From Squalus acanthias (Eukaryota): 64,000 bases of DNA. Location of the stretch: positions 37,264,001-37,328,000 of the forward strand of contig CM059432.1 in assembly GCA_030390025.1 (NCBI GenBank), written 5' to 3'. The position numbers and the translations under genes are program-made. This document shows, piece by piece, positions 47,267-60,055 of this stretch (its first letter is position 1; each line of letters opens with the position of its first letter). Under the pieces are notes generated by a model. The model worked only from the letters and a program-made list of their open reading frames with translations. It was not told where the DNA came from and did not search any database.

Positions 47267-50200
47267 TACCCTGTTCTATTATTTTTACATCCAAAGTGGA
47301 TGACCTCACATTTGCCTACATTGAAATCCATTTGCCAGTTTTGCCCATTCACTTAATCTATCAATATCCCTTTGTAATGTAATGTTTTCATCTACACTGC
47401 CTACAATGCCGCCTATCTTTGTGTCATCGGCAAATTTTGATATGTGGCTTTCTATCCCATCATCTAAGTCGTTAATAAATAAGGTGAATAGTTGAGGCCC
47501 CATCACAGAACCCTGCGGGACAGCACTAGTCATCCCCTGCCAATTAGAGCACCTGCCCATTATCCCTACTGTCTGTCTCCTGCCGCTCAGCCAATTTCCT
47601 AACCAGGTCAATAATTTGCCTTCAACTCCATGGGCGTCAACCTTAGTTAACAATCTCTTATGAAGGACCTTATCAAATGCCTTCTAGAAGTCCATATAAA
47701 TAACATCCATAGACATTCCCCTGTCCACTACTTTAGTCACCTCTTCAAAAAAATTAATCAGGTTTGTCAGGCATGTCCTACCTTTTACAAATCCATGCTG
47801 GCTCTCTCTGATCAGCTGAAAATTTTCAAGGTGTTCAGTCACCCTGTCCTTAATTATAGATTCTAGCAATTTCCCGACAACAGATGTTAGGCTAACTGGT
47901 CTATAATTCCCTGGTTTCCCTCTCTCACCATTCTTAAATAGCGGAGTGACATGCGCAAATATAAAGAAACGGTTCCTGAATCGAGAGAACTTTGGAAGAT
48001 TATAGTTAGGGCATCTGCAATGTGCTCACCTACTTCCTTTAAAACCCTGGGATGGAAACCATCTGGTCCTGGGAATTTGTCACTCTTTAGTGCCATTATT
48101 TTCTTCATTACTGTTATTTTGCTTATGTTAATTGTGGTGAGTCCCTGTCCCTGATTCAAAATTAATTGGGATTTCCGGCATGCTACCTCTTCCTCTACTG
48201 TAAATACTGATACAAATTAATTATTCAACATGTCCACTATTTCCTTATTATCATTGACAATATCAGCGATATCAGTTTTCAAGAGGCCAACATTGCTCCT
48301 GACCACCCTCTTTTTCCTAATATAATTGTAAAAACTTTTTGTGTTGATTGTGTTATCCCTTACAAGTTTCTTTTCATACTCCCTTTTTGTAGCTCTTGCT
48401 ATCTGTTTTGTGATCCTTTGCTGTTCTTTGTATCTTTCCCATTTGCCAGGATCTGTGCTTTTTTTGCATTTTTGTATGCTTTTTCTTTTAGTTTTGTATT
48501 ATCACCTACTTTTTTAGTCATCCATGGCTGTATTTTTGGCAAGTAGAGCTCTTGTCCCTCAGGGGTATAAACTGGTTCTGTATCCCGTTAAATTCTTTTT
48601 TGAACACCCCCCACTGATCTTCTGTTGTTTTACCCATTAACAGATTTGCCCAGTTTACTGTGGACAGTCTCTGTCTCATCCCGGTGAAGTCGGCCTTACC
48701 CAAATCTCGAATCTTAGTAGCTGTTTCGCGTTTCTCCCTTTCAAACACTACTTTGAACTCGATCATGTTATGATTGCTATTAGATAAATGTTCACGCACC
48801 ATTAGGCTGTTAACTAAATCTGGCTCATTACTCATTACTAATTCTAATACGGCATGCCCCCTTGTTGCCTCGAGGGCATATTGTTGCAGAAAACTATCCC
48901 GGAGACACTCAAGAAATTTACTACCTTTCTGACATGTGGTAATCTGCTTATCCCAAGTTATATGAAAGTTAAAATCTCCCATTAAAATCACTTCACAGCT
49001 GCTACCAGGAGGTCTATACACAACTCCCACTACAGTCTTAAATCCTTTCCTATTTCTTAATTCTACCCATAAAGTCTCCACTGCCTGCTTACCTCTCATT
49101 ATATCCTCTCTTATCATAGAAGTGATTTCATCCTTAATCACTAAGGCTACTCCTCCCCCTCTACCATTTCCCCTATCGTTCCTGTAGAACGTATAACCTG
49201 GTATATTTAGTTCCAAGTCCTGACCATCTTGCAGCCATGTCTCAGTAATGGCTACCATGTCGTACCCTCCAAGTTGAATTTGCGCCTGCAGTTCATTCAA
49301 TTTATTGCTTATACTCCGTGCATTTGTATAAAGAATGCTTATTTGGGCCACACACCCTAACCTGTCCTTCGGCTCTAATGTTTTACTCATATGTTTCTTA
49401 TTTCTCTCTCCTGGTTTAATCACTTTACATCTTCTGGATTTCCCTTTACCTGTAGTGCCTAAAGCACAATTTCTGACTGTTACCCTACTCTCTTCCCTTT
49501 TTGTTTGTTTTTGAACTATTTGTACTACATTTTCCCCCTGAGTCCTCCCCCCCCCCCTCCCCCCATTTACTATTTTAAAGTCCTTGTGACCACCCTATTT
49601 ATCTTTTCCGCTAGGACCCTGGTCCCAGACCGATTCAGGTGGAGCCCGTCCCAACGGTACAGTTTCTTCCTGTCCCAATACTGGTGCCAGTGCCCCATGA
49701 AATGGAACCCCTGATTCCCACACCATTCCTTCAGCTATGTGTTCACATCCCCAATCTGCTTATCCCTACGTCAATTTGCATGTGGCTCAGGTACTAATCC
49801 AGAGATTATAACCCTTGAGGTCCTGTTCTTTAAATTATCCCCTACTTCCTGGTACTCCCCAAACAGGACCTCTTGTCTATTCTTCCCTATGTTGTTGGTC
49901 TCAACATGGACCACAACGACTGGATCCTCTCCCTCCCTCTCCAATATCCTTTCAAGCCAGTTTGAGATGTCCCTCACCCTGGCACCAGGTAGGCAACATA
50001 CCATGTGGGACTCTTGATCTTGCTTACAAAGGATGCCATCCGTCCCCCTAATTATTGAATCCCCTACAATGACCACATTACACTTCCCCTCCTCCTCCTC
50101 CCCCCTGTGGACAGCCTCCTGCTTTGCAGTGACATGGCCCGCATTCTGACTGTCCTTCCCACAGTCTTTATCCTTATCCTCACAGGTCGCAAGTACATTG

Positions 50201-50878
50201 TACCTATTGGATAGGATTCGTTTCTGTGGATCCTCATTCTCTATCTCACCTGGGTTCCCCTTACTCTGCACACTATCAGTCACACCAACCCCGTTCTGAA
50301 CCTGCACCTCTCTACGAGGTTGACCGAAGTCTGGAGCAAACTGTCCAGATACTCTTCCCTCCCTTATGTGTCGGAGTGTCTCCAACTCGCACTCCAGCTC
50401 AATGACTCTGAGCCGGAGCGATTCGAGACGGAGACATCTCCTGCAGGCGTGTTCGCTCGGGACAAACTCCCACATACTGCAGCCCAGGCACACAACCTGC
50501 CCTGACATATCCTAGTCTAGATTATTTATATCTGCTTTCTAGTTTGTTGTAAGTTATTTTCTTTTTCTACACTCCAACTTGCACTAAGCATTAAAACACT
50601 GGAAAAATATTTAAATGCCTCCTTATTAGACTATTATCTAAACTTACCAGAAATAAACTTAAGACTTGTCCCTGATCTGATCTGGAGAAAGAAAACACTC
50701 ATCAACTATTCACCAATTAGCTCCTTCCCTTGTGCTGACGTCACTTTAGGTGCTTTTTTACACTGACGTCACTCTTTCAATTTCTGCCTGTGTTTGAGTG
50801 GACCTGCCGCTCGGGTCTGCTCTGTCCTCGGCCTTTTCTCCCGCTTTATTTGTGCCACCGCTCCTCCTCTCGCGTGCA

Positions 50879-51432
50879 GGTTATATACAGGTGTAGTGTA
50901 CAGTGTGTTAGTTATATACAGATGTAGTATACAGTTTGCACATTATATACAAGTGTAGTGTACAGTGTGTTAGTTATATACAGATGTAGTATACAGTTTG
51001 CACATTATATACAGGTGTAGTATACAGTGTGTTAGTTATATACAGATGTAGTATACAGTTTGCACATTATATACAAGTGTAGTGTACAGTGTGTTAGTTA
51101 TATACAGATGTAGTATACAGTTTGCACATTATATACAGGTGTAGTGTACAGTGTGTTAGTTATATACAGATGTAGTATACAGTTTGCACATTATATACAA
51201 GTGTAGTGTACAGTGTGTTAGTTATATACAGATGTAGTATACAGTTTGCACATTATATACAGGTGTAGTGTACAGTGTGTTAGTTATATACAGATGTAGT
51301 ATACAGTTTGCACATTATATACAAGTGTAGTGTACAGTGTGTTAGTTATATACAGATGTAGTATACAGTTTGCACATTATATACAGGTGTAGTGTACAGT
51401 GTGTCCGTTATATACAGGTGTAGTATACAGTA
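50879..51432. repeat. Homogeneous minisatellite, 62 bp dimer of two 31 bp units
   Basis: TTATATACAGGTGTAGTGTACAGTGTGTTAG alternates with TTATATACAGATGTAGTATACAGTTTGCACA, about 9 dimers. Confidence 0.95.
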
Positions 51433-53162
51433 TATCTGCAGTCCTGCCACATCCAGTCGTGAATGGTGGTGGACAATTAAACATCTAACAGGAGGAGGAG
51501 GCTCCATGATCATCCCCATCCTCAGTGATGGTGGAGCCCAGCATGTGAGTGCAAAAGACAAGGCTGAAGCGTTTGCAACCGTCTTCAGCCAGAAGTGCCG
51601 AGTGGATGATCCATCTCAGCCTCCTCCTGAGGTCCCCACCATCACAGAAGCCAGTTATCAGCCAATTCGATTCACTCCACGTGATATCAAGAAGCGGCTG
51701 AGCGAACTGGATCCAAAAAAAGCTGTGGGCCCCAACAACATCCTGGCTGTAGTGATGAAGACTTGTGCTCCACAACTAGCCGCGCCTCTGGCCAAGCTGT
51801 TCCAGTACAGCTACAACACTGACATCTACCCAACAAAGTGGAAAACTGCCCAGGTATGCCTTGTCCACAAAAAGCAGGACAAATCAAATCCAGCCAATTA
51901 CCACCCCATCAGTCTACTCCCAATCATCATCAAAGTGATGGAAGGTGTCGCCAACAGTGCTATCAAGTGGCACTTCCTCACCAATAACCTGCTCACCCAT
52001 GCTCGGTTTGGGTTTCGCCAGGACCACTCGGCTCCAGAACTCATTACAGCCTTGGTCCAAACATGGACAAAAGAGCTGAATTCTAGAGGTGAGGTGAGAG
52101 TGACTGCCCTTGACAATCAAGGCAGCATTTGACCGAGTGTGGTATCAAGGAGCCCTAGAAAAATTGACGTCAATGGGAATCAAGGGAAAAACTCTCCACT
52201 GGCTGGAGTCATACCTAGCACAAAGGAAGGTGATTGTTGCAGGAGTTTTTCAGAGCAGTGTCCTAGGCCCAACCATCTTCAGCTGCTTCATCAATGACCT
52301 TTACTCCATCATAAAGTCAGAAGTGGGGATGTTCGCTGATGATTGCAGTGTTCAGTTCCATTCGCAACTCCTCAGATAATGAAGCAGTCCATGCCTGCAT
52401 GCAGCAAGACCTGGACAATATTCAGGCTTGGGCTGATAATTGGCAAGTAACATTCGCGCCATACAAGTGCCAGGCAATGACTATCTCCAACAAGCGAGAG
52501 TCTAACCACCGCCCCTTGACATTCAACGGCATTACCATCACCAAATCCCCCACCATCAACATCTTGGGGATCACCATTGACCAGAAACTTAACTGGACCA
52601 GCTACATAAATACTATGGCAACAAAAGCAGGTCAGAGGCTGGGTATTCTGTGGCGAGTGTCTCACCTCCTGACTCCCCAAAGCCTTTCCGCCATCTACAA
52701 TGCACAAGTCAGGAGTGTGATGGAATACTATCCACTTGCCTGGATGAGTGCAGCTCCAACAAAAATCAAGAAGCTCGACACCATCCAGGACAAAGAAGCC
52801 CGCTTGATTGGCACCCCATCCACCACCTTAAACATTCACTCCCTCCACCACCAGTGGCGCACCGTGGCTGCAGTGTGCACCATCTACAAGACGCACTGCA
52901 GCAAGTCGCCAAGGCTCCTCGGACAGCATCGCCCAAACCCACAACCTGTACCAGGGCAGCAGGCGCATGGGACCACCATCACCTGCAAGTTCCCCTCCAA
53001 GTCACACACCATCCTGACTTGGAAATACATCCCCATTCCTTCATCGTCGCTGGGTCAAAATCCTGGAACTCCCTCCCTAACAGCACTGTGGGAGTACCAT
53101 CACCACACAGACTGCAGCAGTTCAAGAAGGCAGCTCACCACCACCTTCTCAAGGACAATTAG
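51433..53162 (+). mobile_element. LINE-B RT region in CSPG5 intron 1
   Basis: NYHPISLL, FGFRQDHS, DNQG/IKAAFDRV (frameshift), MFADDC motifs. Confidence 0.9.
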
Positions 53163-53694
53163 GTTATATACAGATGTAGTATGCATTATATACAGATACC
53201 ATATACACAGTACGGTGGATTTTCCCATTTGCTGCCTGGGTGTAAGTGGGGCATAATGTGAATACAAACTGCACACAATTTTCCTCCCATTGAAACAAAT
53301 GAATGAAAGTTGAGTGCAGTTTGTGCTGAAGGTTGGGATAAGCACTTGCGCCAAGCACCAAAGAGGACCTTGCATCCTAATATGTAAATTATACAGATGT
53401 ATGCAGACATTATATACAATATACAGAGGTAATATATAGTGTACACATTAAATAAAAAGGTGTATAAATGTACACACAGTATGTACAGTATACACGGATA
53501 TCATATACATTATGCTAGTTACATATAGATGTTTACATATTATTTAAGTGCCAATTGCATATAGATATATATGGTATAACCACTATATATGGATGTTCTA
53601 TACAATATTTCCATGATGTATACAAATGTTAAATACAGTACGTCCATTTTAAAAAGGTGTATGCAGCTATTACACAGTATGACCATTATATACA

Positions 53695-53800
53695 TTAACT
53701 CTGTTTCACTCTCCACAGATGCTGTCTGACCTGCTGAGTATTTCCATCATTTTCTGTTTTTTCAGATTTCCAGCATCCATAGTACTTTGCTTTTGTTGTA
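53695..53800 (+). mobile_element. Penelope-like terminal fragment (same family as 46410-46537)
   Basis: TTAACTCTGTTTC.CTCTCCACAGATGCTG.CTGACCT..TGAG.ATTTCCA.CATTTTCTGTTTTT is shared. Confidence 0.6.
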
Positions 53801-54134
53801 TAGCATGTCTGTTATATACAGATATTATGTGCAATATGACCATTATATACACCTGCATATGGATGTTAAACTTAGTAAGCCCATTATATGCAGCTGTTAA
53901 ATAGTATTTCCATCGTACATATATTTTATGTACAATATGTCCATTACATATATACCTGTATTCTGATGTATTGTATAACATGTTCATTATTTACAGATGT
54001 TATATATAGTATGTACATTATATACATCTGTGTACAGATATTATATAGTATGTCCACTTTATACAGATGTTCTACCCAGATACTCCACTCTATCCTTCCC
54101 CACCTCATTCCCACTCTGCTCTGCTCTATTCCAG

Positions 54135-55416
54135 GATCAGATGTCACAGTGTCTGCCTACCCTGCTGAAGATACTACTTCTGCTGTGCTAGTCACTGAGA
54201 GCTCCCCATCTCTCACTGGTTCTCATTCTCCAGAGGCCCAGACAGGTCCCCGTGTTCCTCGCCGCAAGGATTCCCCGATTGGTTCCACTGCACCCAGCAG
54301 CTCCCCTTGGCCAACTCCAGGTGAACCCTTCCAGGCTCCAGCAGATGCATTAGGGGTGAGCTCCGTGGGAGAGCAGCCCCAGAGTGAGGGGCCGGGTGAT
54401 GTGACTGGGAGTGGACAGGTGGGTTGGGAGCAGGGAGCAAACAGGAGCCGCTCTGGGTCAGATGGACTGGGCAGCCCAGAGGTAACCTCCCCTCCTCTGG
54501 CCAATGACTTGGGTCAGGAGCTTGGGGGCTGCCCAGGCTGCCAGGGAGCCGAGGGGACATCGGAGGAGGGGCCACCCAGCCCGGCCAGCCCATCTACTGG
54601 GCAAATTACAGTCCCTGGCTTAGACCTGTTAAAAGGGGTGGAGGGAAGTGGAGAGACTTTTGGACCTACAGGAGGGACCACCGCATTCGAAAAGAAGCAG
54701 GATGCCAAGTTGGGCTGGTCTGAAGAGGCCACCAACCTTCCAACCCAGGGCGCAGAAGGAAGCACCGACTACACCCGGATTGACCTGGAGATGCAGCTGT
54801 GGTCCCAGGTCCGCACCATCCCTGCCCTCCACCCCCTGACAACTAGTGAGCCCTCTGAGCTGCCCACAGATTACATTTACGACCCTGACAATGATACAAC
54901 TATTGACTCTTCCGACAGATTTAGCATTGTTGAAGCTCCCGATGCTCCCATGACATCATCCAACTTAGACTCCACAAAAGATTTCTTGCCTGACCTTCCT
55001 GCCTTGACTCTTCCTCCTGATAGCAGTGTCTCAGATGTTCATATGGCCACGTTATATTATTGGGATGAAATGTCCAGCGAGTTGGAGGATGAGAATGAGC
55101 TTCGGCTGACCACAGTCTCCCCTAAGATACAGACCATGTTGGTGAAGGAAGAAGGCATCACCAGGCAGACTGTGCCCAACCAGGACTTCAGATCAGAATC
55201 TTTCCTCACGGAAAATGTCTTCACTGGCACCTCTGGCTCAGAGACCAGACAAGACACTAGTCTGTCACCCCCTGTTCTTGGAGAAAGTGGGAGTGAATGC
55301 AAGCTGGGATACCTGAAGCAGAATAAGTCTTGCAAGTCCATCTGCGATATGGTCCCTAACTACTGCTACAATGGCGGGCAGTGTTACATCATGGAAAATG
55401 TTGGAGCTATTTGCAG
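54135..55416 (+). CDS. CSPG5: CSPG5 large ectodomain exon (Ser/Thr/Pro/Gly-rich proteoglycan region plus first part of EGF-like domain)
   Basis: Polypyrimidine tract and ttccAG acceptor; open frame GSDVTVSAY...ELEDENEL...ECKLGYLKQNKSCKSICDMVPNYCYNGGQCYIMENVGAICR, closely matching the CSPG5 motif as I recall it (ECRSGFVRHNGSCRSVCDLFPSYCHNGGQCYLVENIGAFCR) and its LEDENEL motif. Several Ser-Gly sites. Ends at donor AG|GTAAGC (phase 2). Confidence 0.93.
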
Positions 55417-55899
55417 GTAAGCGGCATCTTATTTCTGAGTTGGGTTTGGGTGTGCAAGCTAGTCCATCATCAACAAAATGCAAGCTTTGCGAGACTCATA
55501 ACACAAGGTGCAGATGAAGAAGGCCCACTTCACAAAACCAGCCCTACTCTCTTTCCATTACAGCATTAACATCCACCTCAACAGGCCTCGGTTTAGTGTC
55601 AGAGCTGAAGGATGACACTTCTGACAACACAGCATTCCTGAAATGCCAGCCTAGATTTCTCTGCTCAAACCATGGTTTGGGGCTTTGAAAGGATCACCAT
55701 CTGACCCAAAGGCAAATATGCTGCCAACTGAACACATTCTAAGCTCGGCTCTGATGTTGCTGGCAGCTGGGAAAGGGACTGTAGCGGGTCAGCCACCCGT
55801 TTTACACCCCGCCCGATTTTCCTTTCCTGGCGACTGTTTCCCGCCCATCGGAACAGTTAAAATCGACCCCTCAGTTCCTTGTTTCCCATTGTGTGTCAG

Positions 55900-56900
55900 T
55901 CAGAATGAAATAGAGTGGATTGATGCAGGCTTTGCATCATAGAAGACAAGCTGCTCGCAGAGGGAGAAGGAGGAAGAGGCTCTCAACAGGAGGCCTTACC
56001 CACCTTGGGTCGTCAGGGAGCACTTCTCCTACCTGCACCAAAGCCAGGAGCAGTGTGTTCGTGGCTCCACTACACCAAGGAGGTGGTCACAGAACTTTGC
56101 CACCTCATGAACCCAGACCTGCAGCCTCAGAGCAGGGCAGTGATGGCGCTGCCAGTGGCCCTCAAGGTGACCGTGGCTCTGAATGTTTTTGCCAGCAGAT
56201 CCTTCCAGGCTGGAACATGCAACATAGCAAACATCCATCAGTTTGCCGCCCATCGTTGAATCCGGGAGGTCACAGAGGTGCTGTATGCTCGGATAGGGGA
56301 CTTCATTGTCTTCTCTCTAAACAGAGAGAAACAAGAAGAGCATGCATATGGCTTTACCAGGATATCGGGCTTCCCCCTGGTGCAGGGTGCCATCGACTGC
56401 ACACACGTGGCTTTGCAGGCACCGCATCTCAATGGTGAAAAGTACCGTAACCGCAAGGGGTACCACTCACTTGATGTGCAGTTGGTGTGCGACCACATCC
56501 AGCACATCATGCTGGTGAATGCCCGCTATCCTGGCAGCAGTCATGATGCGTTCATCCTGCGCCAGTCCGCTGTGCCAGCAATCTTCCAGCCACCACGTCA
56601 AACCCGAGGGTGGCTGCTCAGAGACAAGGGCTATCCTCTCTACACCTGGCTGATGACTCCCCTCCACAATCACACCACTCGTGGCCAGCACTCATATAAT
56701 GATAGCCATGCTGCCACGAGGAACGTCATCGAGCAGACTATCGGGGTGCTGAAGCAACGGTTCCACTGACTTGACCGCTCGGGAGGAGCCCTCCAGTAAC
56801 GTTGAAGTGTGTGTCCCAATTCGTGGTGATCTGCTGCATTCTCCACAACTTGGACATCATGAGGGTGCAGCCCTTGCCACCACGGGTTCCGCATCCACCT
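55900..56900 (+). pseudogene. Harbinger (HARBI1-like DDE) transposase pseudogene in CSPG5 intron 2
   Basis: GAIDCTHV, NRKGYHSL, PGSSHDAFIL, DKGYPL..WLMTP and VIEQTIGVLKQRF motifs; in-frame stops and frameshifts. Confidence 0.88.
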
Positions 56901-56965
56901 CAGAAAAGTGCTCCACTGGTACAGTTACAGATGGTCTCTCAGGCTAGGGCTCAGACACATTGTTG

Positions 56966-57500
56966 GAGTAGTACAGAGGGAGCTTTACTCTGTCTCTCAG
57001 CTGTGCTGTACCTGCCTTGGGAGTTTTTAATGGGGCAGTGTAGAGAGACCTGTACTCTGTATCTAACCTGTGCTGTACCTGCCCTGTGGGTGTTTGATGG
57101 GACAGTGTAGAGGGAGCTTTACTCTGTGTATAACCCATGTTGTACCTGCCCTGGAGGTGTTTGATGGGACAGTGTAGAGGGAGCTTTACTCTGTATCTAA
57201 CTCGTGCTGTACCTGCCCTGTGGCTGTTTGATGGGACAGTGTAGAGGGAGCTTTACTCTGTATCTAACCTGTGTTGTACCTGCCCTTGGGGTGTTTGATG
57301 GGGCAGTGTAGAGGGAATTTTACTCTGTATCTAACCCGTGCTGTACCTGCCCTGGGGGTGTTTGATGGGACAATGCAGAGAGAGCTTTACTGTATCTAAC
57401 CCGTGCTGTACCTGCCCTGGGGGTGTTTGATGGGACAATGTAGAGAAAGCTTTATCATGTGTTTAATCTGTGCTTTACCTGAATTGGAAGTACTTGGTGC
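56966..57500. repeat. 67 bp tandem repeat, about 8 copies
   Basis: Unit GGGACAGTGTAGAGGGAGCTTTACTCTGTATCTAACCCGTGCTGTACCTGCCCTGGGGGTGTTTGAT; unit starts at 57166, 57233 and 57300. Confidence 0.92.
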
Positions 57501-58174
57501 TGACAGCACTAATACGGACATCCCTCACGTTGATGAGCACACAACCAATTCTCCACACCCTGAAAAAGTATAACATTGAATAAAACAGTGTTATTAAAAA
57601 TACCTTACCTTTTGTTAACATCTGAAGAACCATACAGGCAGGCTGTGAGCTTGAAATTGGTCGAAGGGAAGTTGTTGGATAGCATCATATAAGATGTGAG
57701 TTATAATCACTCGAAGAGTTCAGTGGTTATTAGGGACACCCAGCATTGTTACTGGGAATGTAGGCCCTGATTCACTAACCTGATTGAGTTACCTTGAGAA
57801 ATTGGTGGATGAGTGTAGTCTGGTTGACGATGTAAGCCCGATTTCCAAAAAGTATTCAATAAAATACTGCGTAGGCAGCTATGAGGAAAGATGAGATCTG
57901 ATAGGCTTGCAGGACAGTTATTATGTTGGTTGGTAGTCAGTTACAACCACAGAAGCAGTGAATTGCTCTGAATGGGAGGGAATCTGACTGGGGCATTTGG
58001 GGTAAGGAAGCTTCAGGGATGATTGTAGCAGATCAAGAAACAGACCTAGTGTAGTAGTTGATTACTTGCTAAAGGTACACAAGAAGGTGAGGTGACTTTT
58101 TTTAATATTAGTTCCTGGGATATGGGCGTCGCTGGCAAGGCCAGCATTTATTGCCCATCCCTAATTTGCCTTCC

Positions 58175-58845
58175 TAACAGCAAGCAGATAGGAAGGCAAA
58201 TGGTATGTTGGCCTTCATTGCAAGAGGATTTGAGTACAGGAGCAAGGATGTCTTACTACAGTTGTACAGGGCCTTGGTGAGACCACACCTGGAGTACTGT
58301 GTGCAGTTTTGGTCTCCTTACCTAAGAAACGATATACTTGCCATAGAGGGAGTGCAGCGAAGGTTCACCAGACTGATTCCTGGGATGGCAGGACTGTCGT
58401 ATTAGGAGAGATTGGGTCGACTAGGCCTGTATTCACTAGAGTTTAGAAGAATGAGAGGGGATCTCATTGAAACATATAAAATTCTGACAGGGCTAGACAG
58501 ACTGGATGCAGGGAGGATGTTTCCCCTGGCTGGGGGTTCTAGAACAAGGGGTCACAGTCTCAGGATACGTGGTAGGACATTTAGGACTGAGATGAGGAGA
58601 AATTTCTTCACCCAGAGGGTGGTGAACCTGTGGAATTCTCTACCACAGAAGGCTGTGGAGGCCAAGTCACTGAATATATTTAAGAAGGAGATCGATAGAT
58701 TTCTAGACACAAAAGGCATCAAGGAGTATGGGGAGAGAGCGGGAATATGGTATTAAGATAGAGGATCAGCCATGATCATATTGAATGGTGGAGCAGGCTC
58801 GAAGGGCCGAATGGCCTACTCCTGCTCCTATTTTTTCTATGTTTC
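58175..58845 (+). mobile_element. CR1 LINE 3' part inserted into an antisense LINE-B tail
   Basis: LVRPHLEYC, RRMRGDLIETYK and RTRGH motifs; flanks repeat CTAATT(T)GCC from the LINE-B tail. Confidence 0.88.
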
Positions 58846-59139
58846 TAATTGCCCTTGAGAAGGTGGTTTCTTGAACCGCTGCAATCTGTGCGGTGAAGGT
58901 ACTCCCATGGTGCTGTTAGGGAATAGTGTAAGAGGCCGAGGTCAGAGTGGGAGTGGAGCGGAGAATTAAAGTGACAGGCGACTGGAAGCTTGGGGTCTCA
59001 CCATCTGGAGCCGTGCAAGTCCGGTTCAGCGAGAACTACATTTGTCACAGTGCGCTGCTTCACACCATTCACCTGTGCACATGCGCGAATCGGCAGAGTC
59101 AGCGAGTGCGATCTGGTGAGGGTGAGTCTTGGGTGGGGG

Positions 59140-60055
59140 GGAGGAGAGATGATGGAGAGTGACAGGGAGATGGTGTACAGAGAGGAATGGGAGAAAGATG
59201 GAGATAGAGAGAGAGAGATGGGGAAGAGTGATAGGGAGAAAGAGATGGGGGCACAGAGAGAGAGATAGGCAGAGAGATAGAGGTACAGAGAGAGAGAGAG
59301 AAAGAGTGATTGGGGAAGAGTAACTGAGATGGGGATACAAAGAGAGGAATGGAAGAGAGAAAGAGATGGAGGTACAGAGAGGAAAGAGAGAGATGGGAGT
59401 ACAGAGAGAGAGATGTGGAAGAGTGACGGGGAGAGAGATGGAGGTACAGAGAGAGGAATGGGAGAGATAGAGGTACAGAGAAAGAGGGGGGAAGATTGAT
59501 GCAGAGCGAGAAGGGGGTACAGAGAGGAATGGAGACAGATGGAAGTACAGAGAGAGAGATGGGGTACAGAGAGAGGATGAGACTCGGGGAAGGGGGAAAG
59601 AGATCGAGACCAGTGGAGGGGGGAGAGAGAGGGATAGAGACACGAAAGGAAGAGATTGACATGACCGAGGGGAGAGGAGTGTGGGAGATATTGGGGGAGG
59701 AAGAGAGAGAGGCTGGGCAAGTAGAGAGAGGAGTAGACATTGAGGGAGAGATAGTGAGATACAGGGAAAAGAGGAAAGGGGAGACAGAGATGAGAGAAAG
59801 AAACTGAGAGGTAGTGGGAAAAAGACTGAGAGAGACGGGGAGAGCGATTGATGGAGAGATGTGAGTGAGAGAAAATGGAAGGAAGTGGCAGAAGAGAGAA
59901 ACCAGAGGGGTTGGGGAGCGAGACCAGAGGCAAGGGGGAGAAAGAAAAGGGAGAATGAAAAAGCGGGGGAGGGGAGAGAAGAGAAGGAGAAGGAGAAGGG
60001 AGGAGACTGATAAATGGATGGGGGACAGGAAAGAGGAGGGCGATGAGGAGGGAGT
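59140..60055. repeat. Purine-rich (GA) low-complexity tract
   Basis: Directly visible; recurring GATGGAGGTACAGAGAGAG units. Confidence 0.9.

Larger units (their letters stand above)
45347..50878 (-). mobile_element. Near full-length CR1 LINE in CSPG5 intron 1 (antisense), with three nested insertions
   Basis: ORF1 49771..50508 (CLGCSMWE..HACRRC, GDSIIR esterase); ORF2 EN YTNARS/AITETWL/YRPP and RT FADDTK; putative 5' UTR ~50510-50878. Confidence 0.93.

Noticed and set aside
50879..51432. CRISPR-like repeat-spacer pattern (31 + 31 bp)
   Set aside because: The alternate units are themselves repeated and homologous to the first unit; it is a dimeric minisatellite.
53888..54134. N-terminal 82 codons of the 510 aa ORF as real coding sequence
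   Set aside because: Tyr/Ile/Cys-rich translation of intronic minisatellite; a clear polypyrimidine tract and AG acceptor end at 54134.
56278..56769. Domesticated HARBI1 gene
   Set aside because: In-frame stops on both sides and frameshifts; a decayed transposon copy.
56966..57500. CRISPR-like array
   Set aside because: Head-to-tail 67 bp units with no unique spacers, no cas genes, and a vertebrate context.
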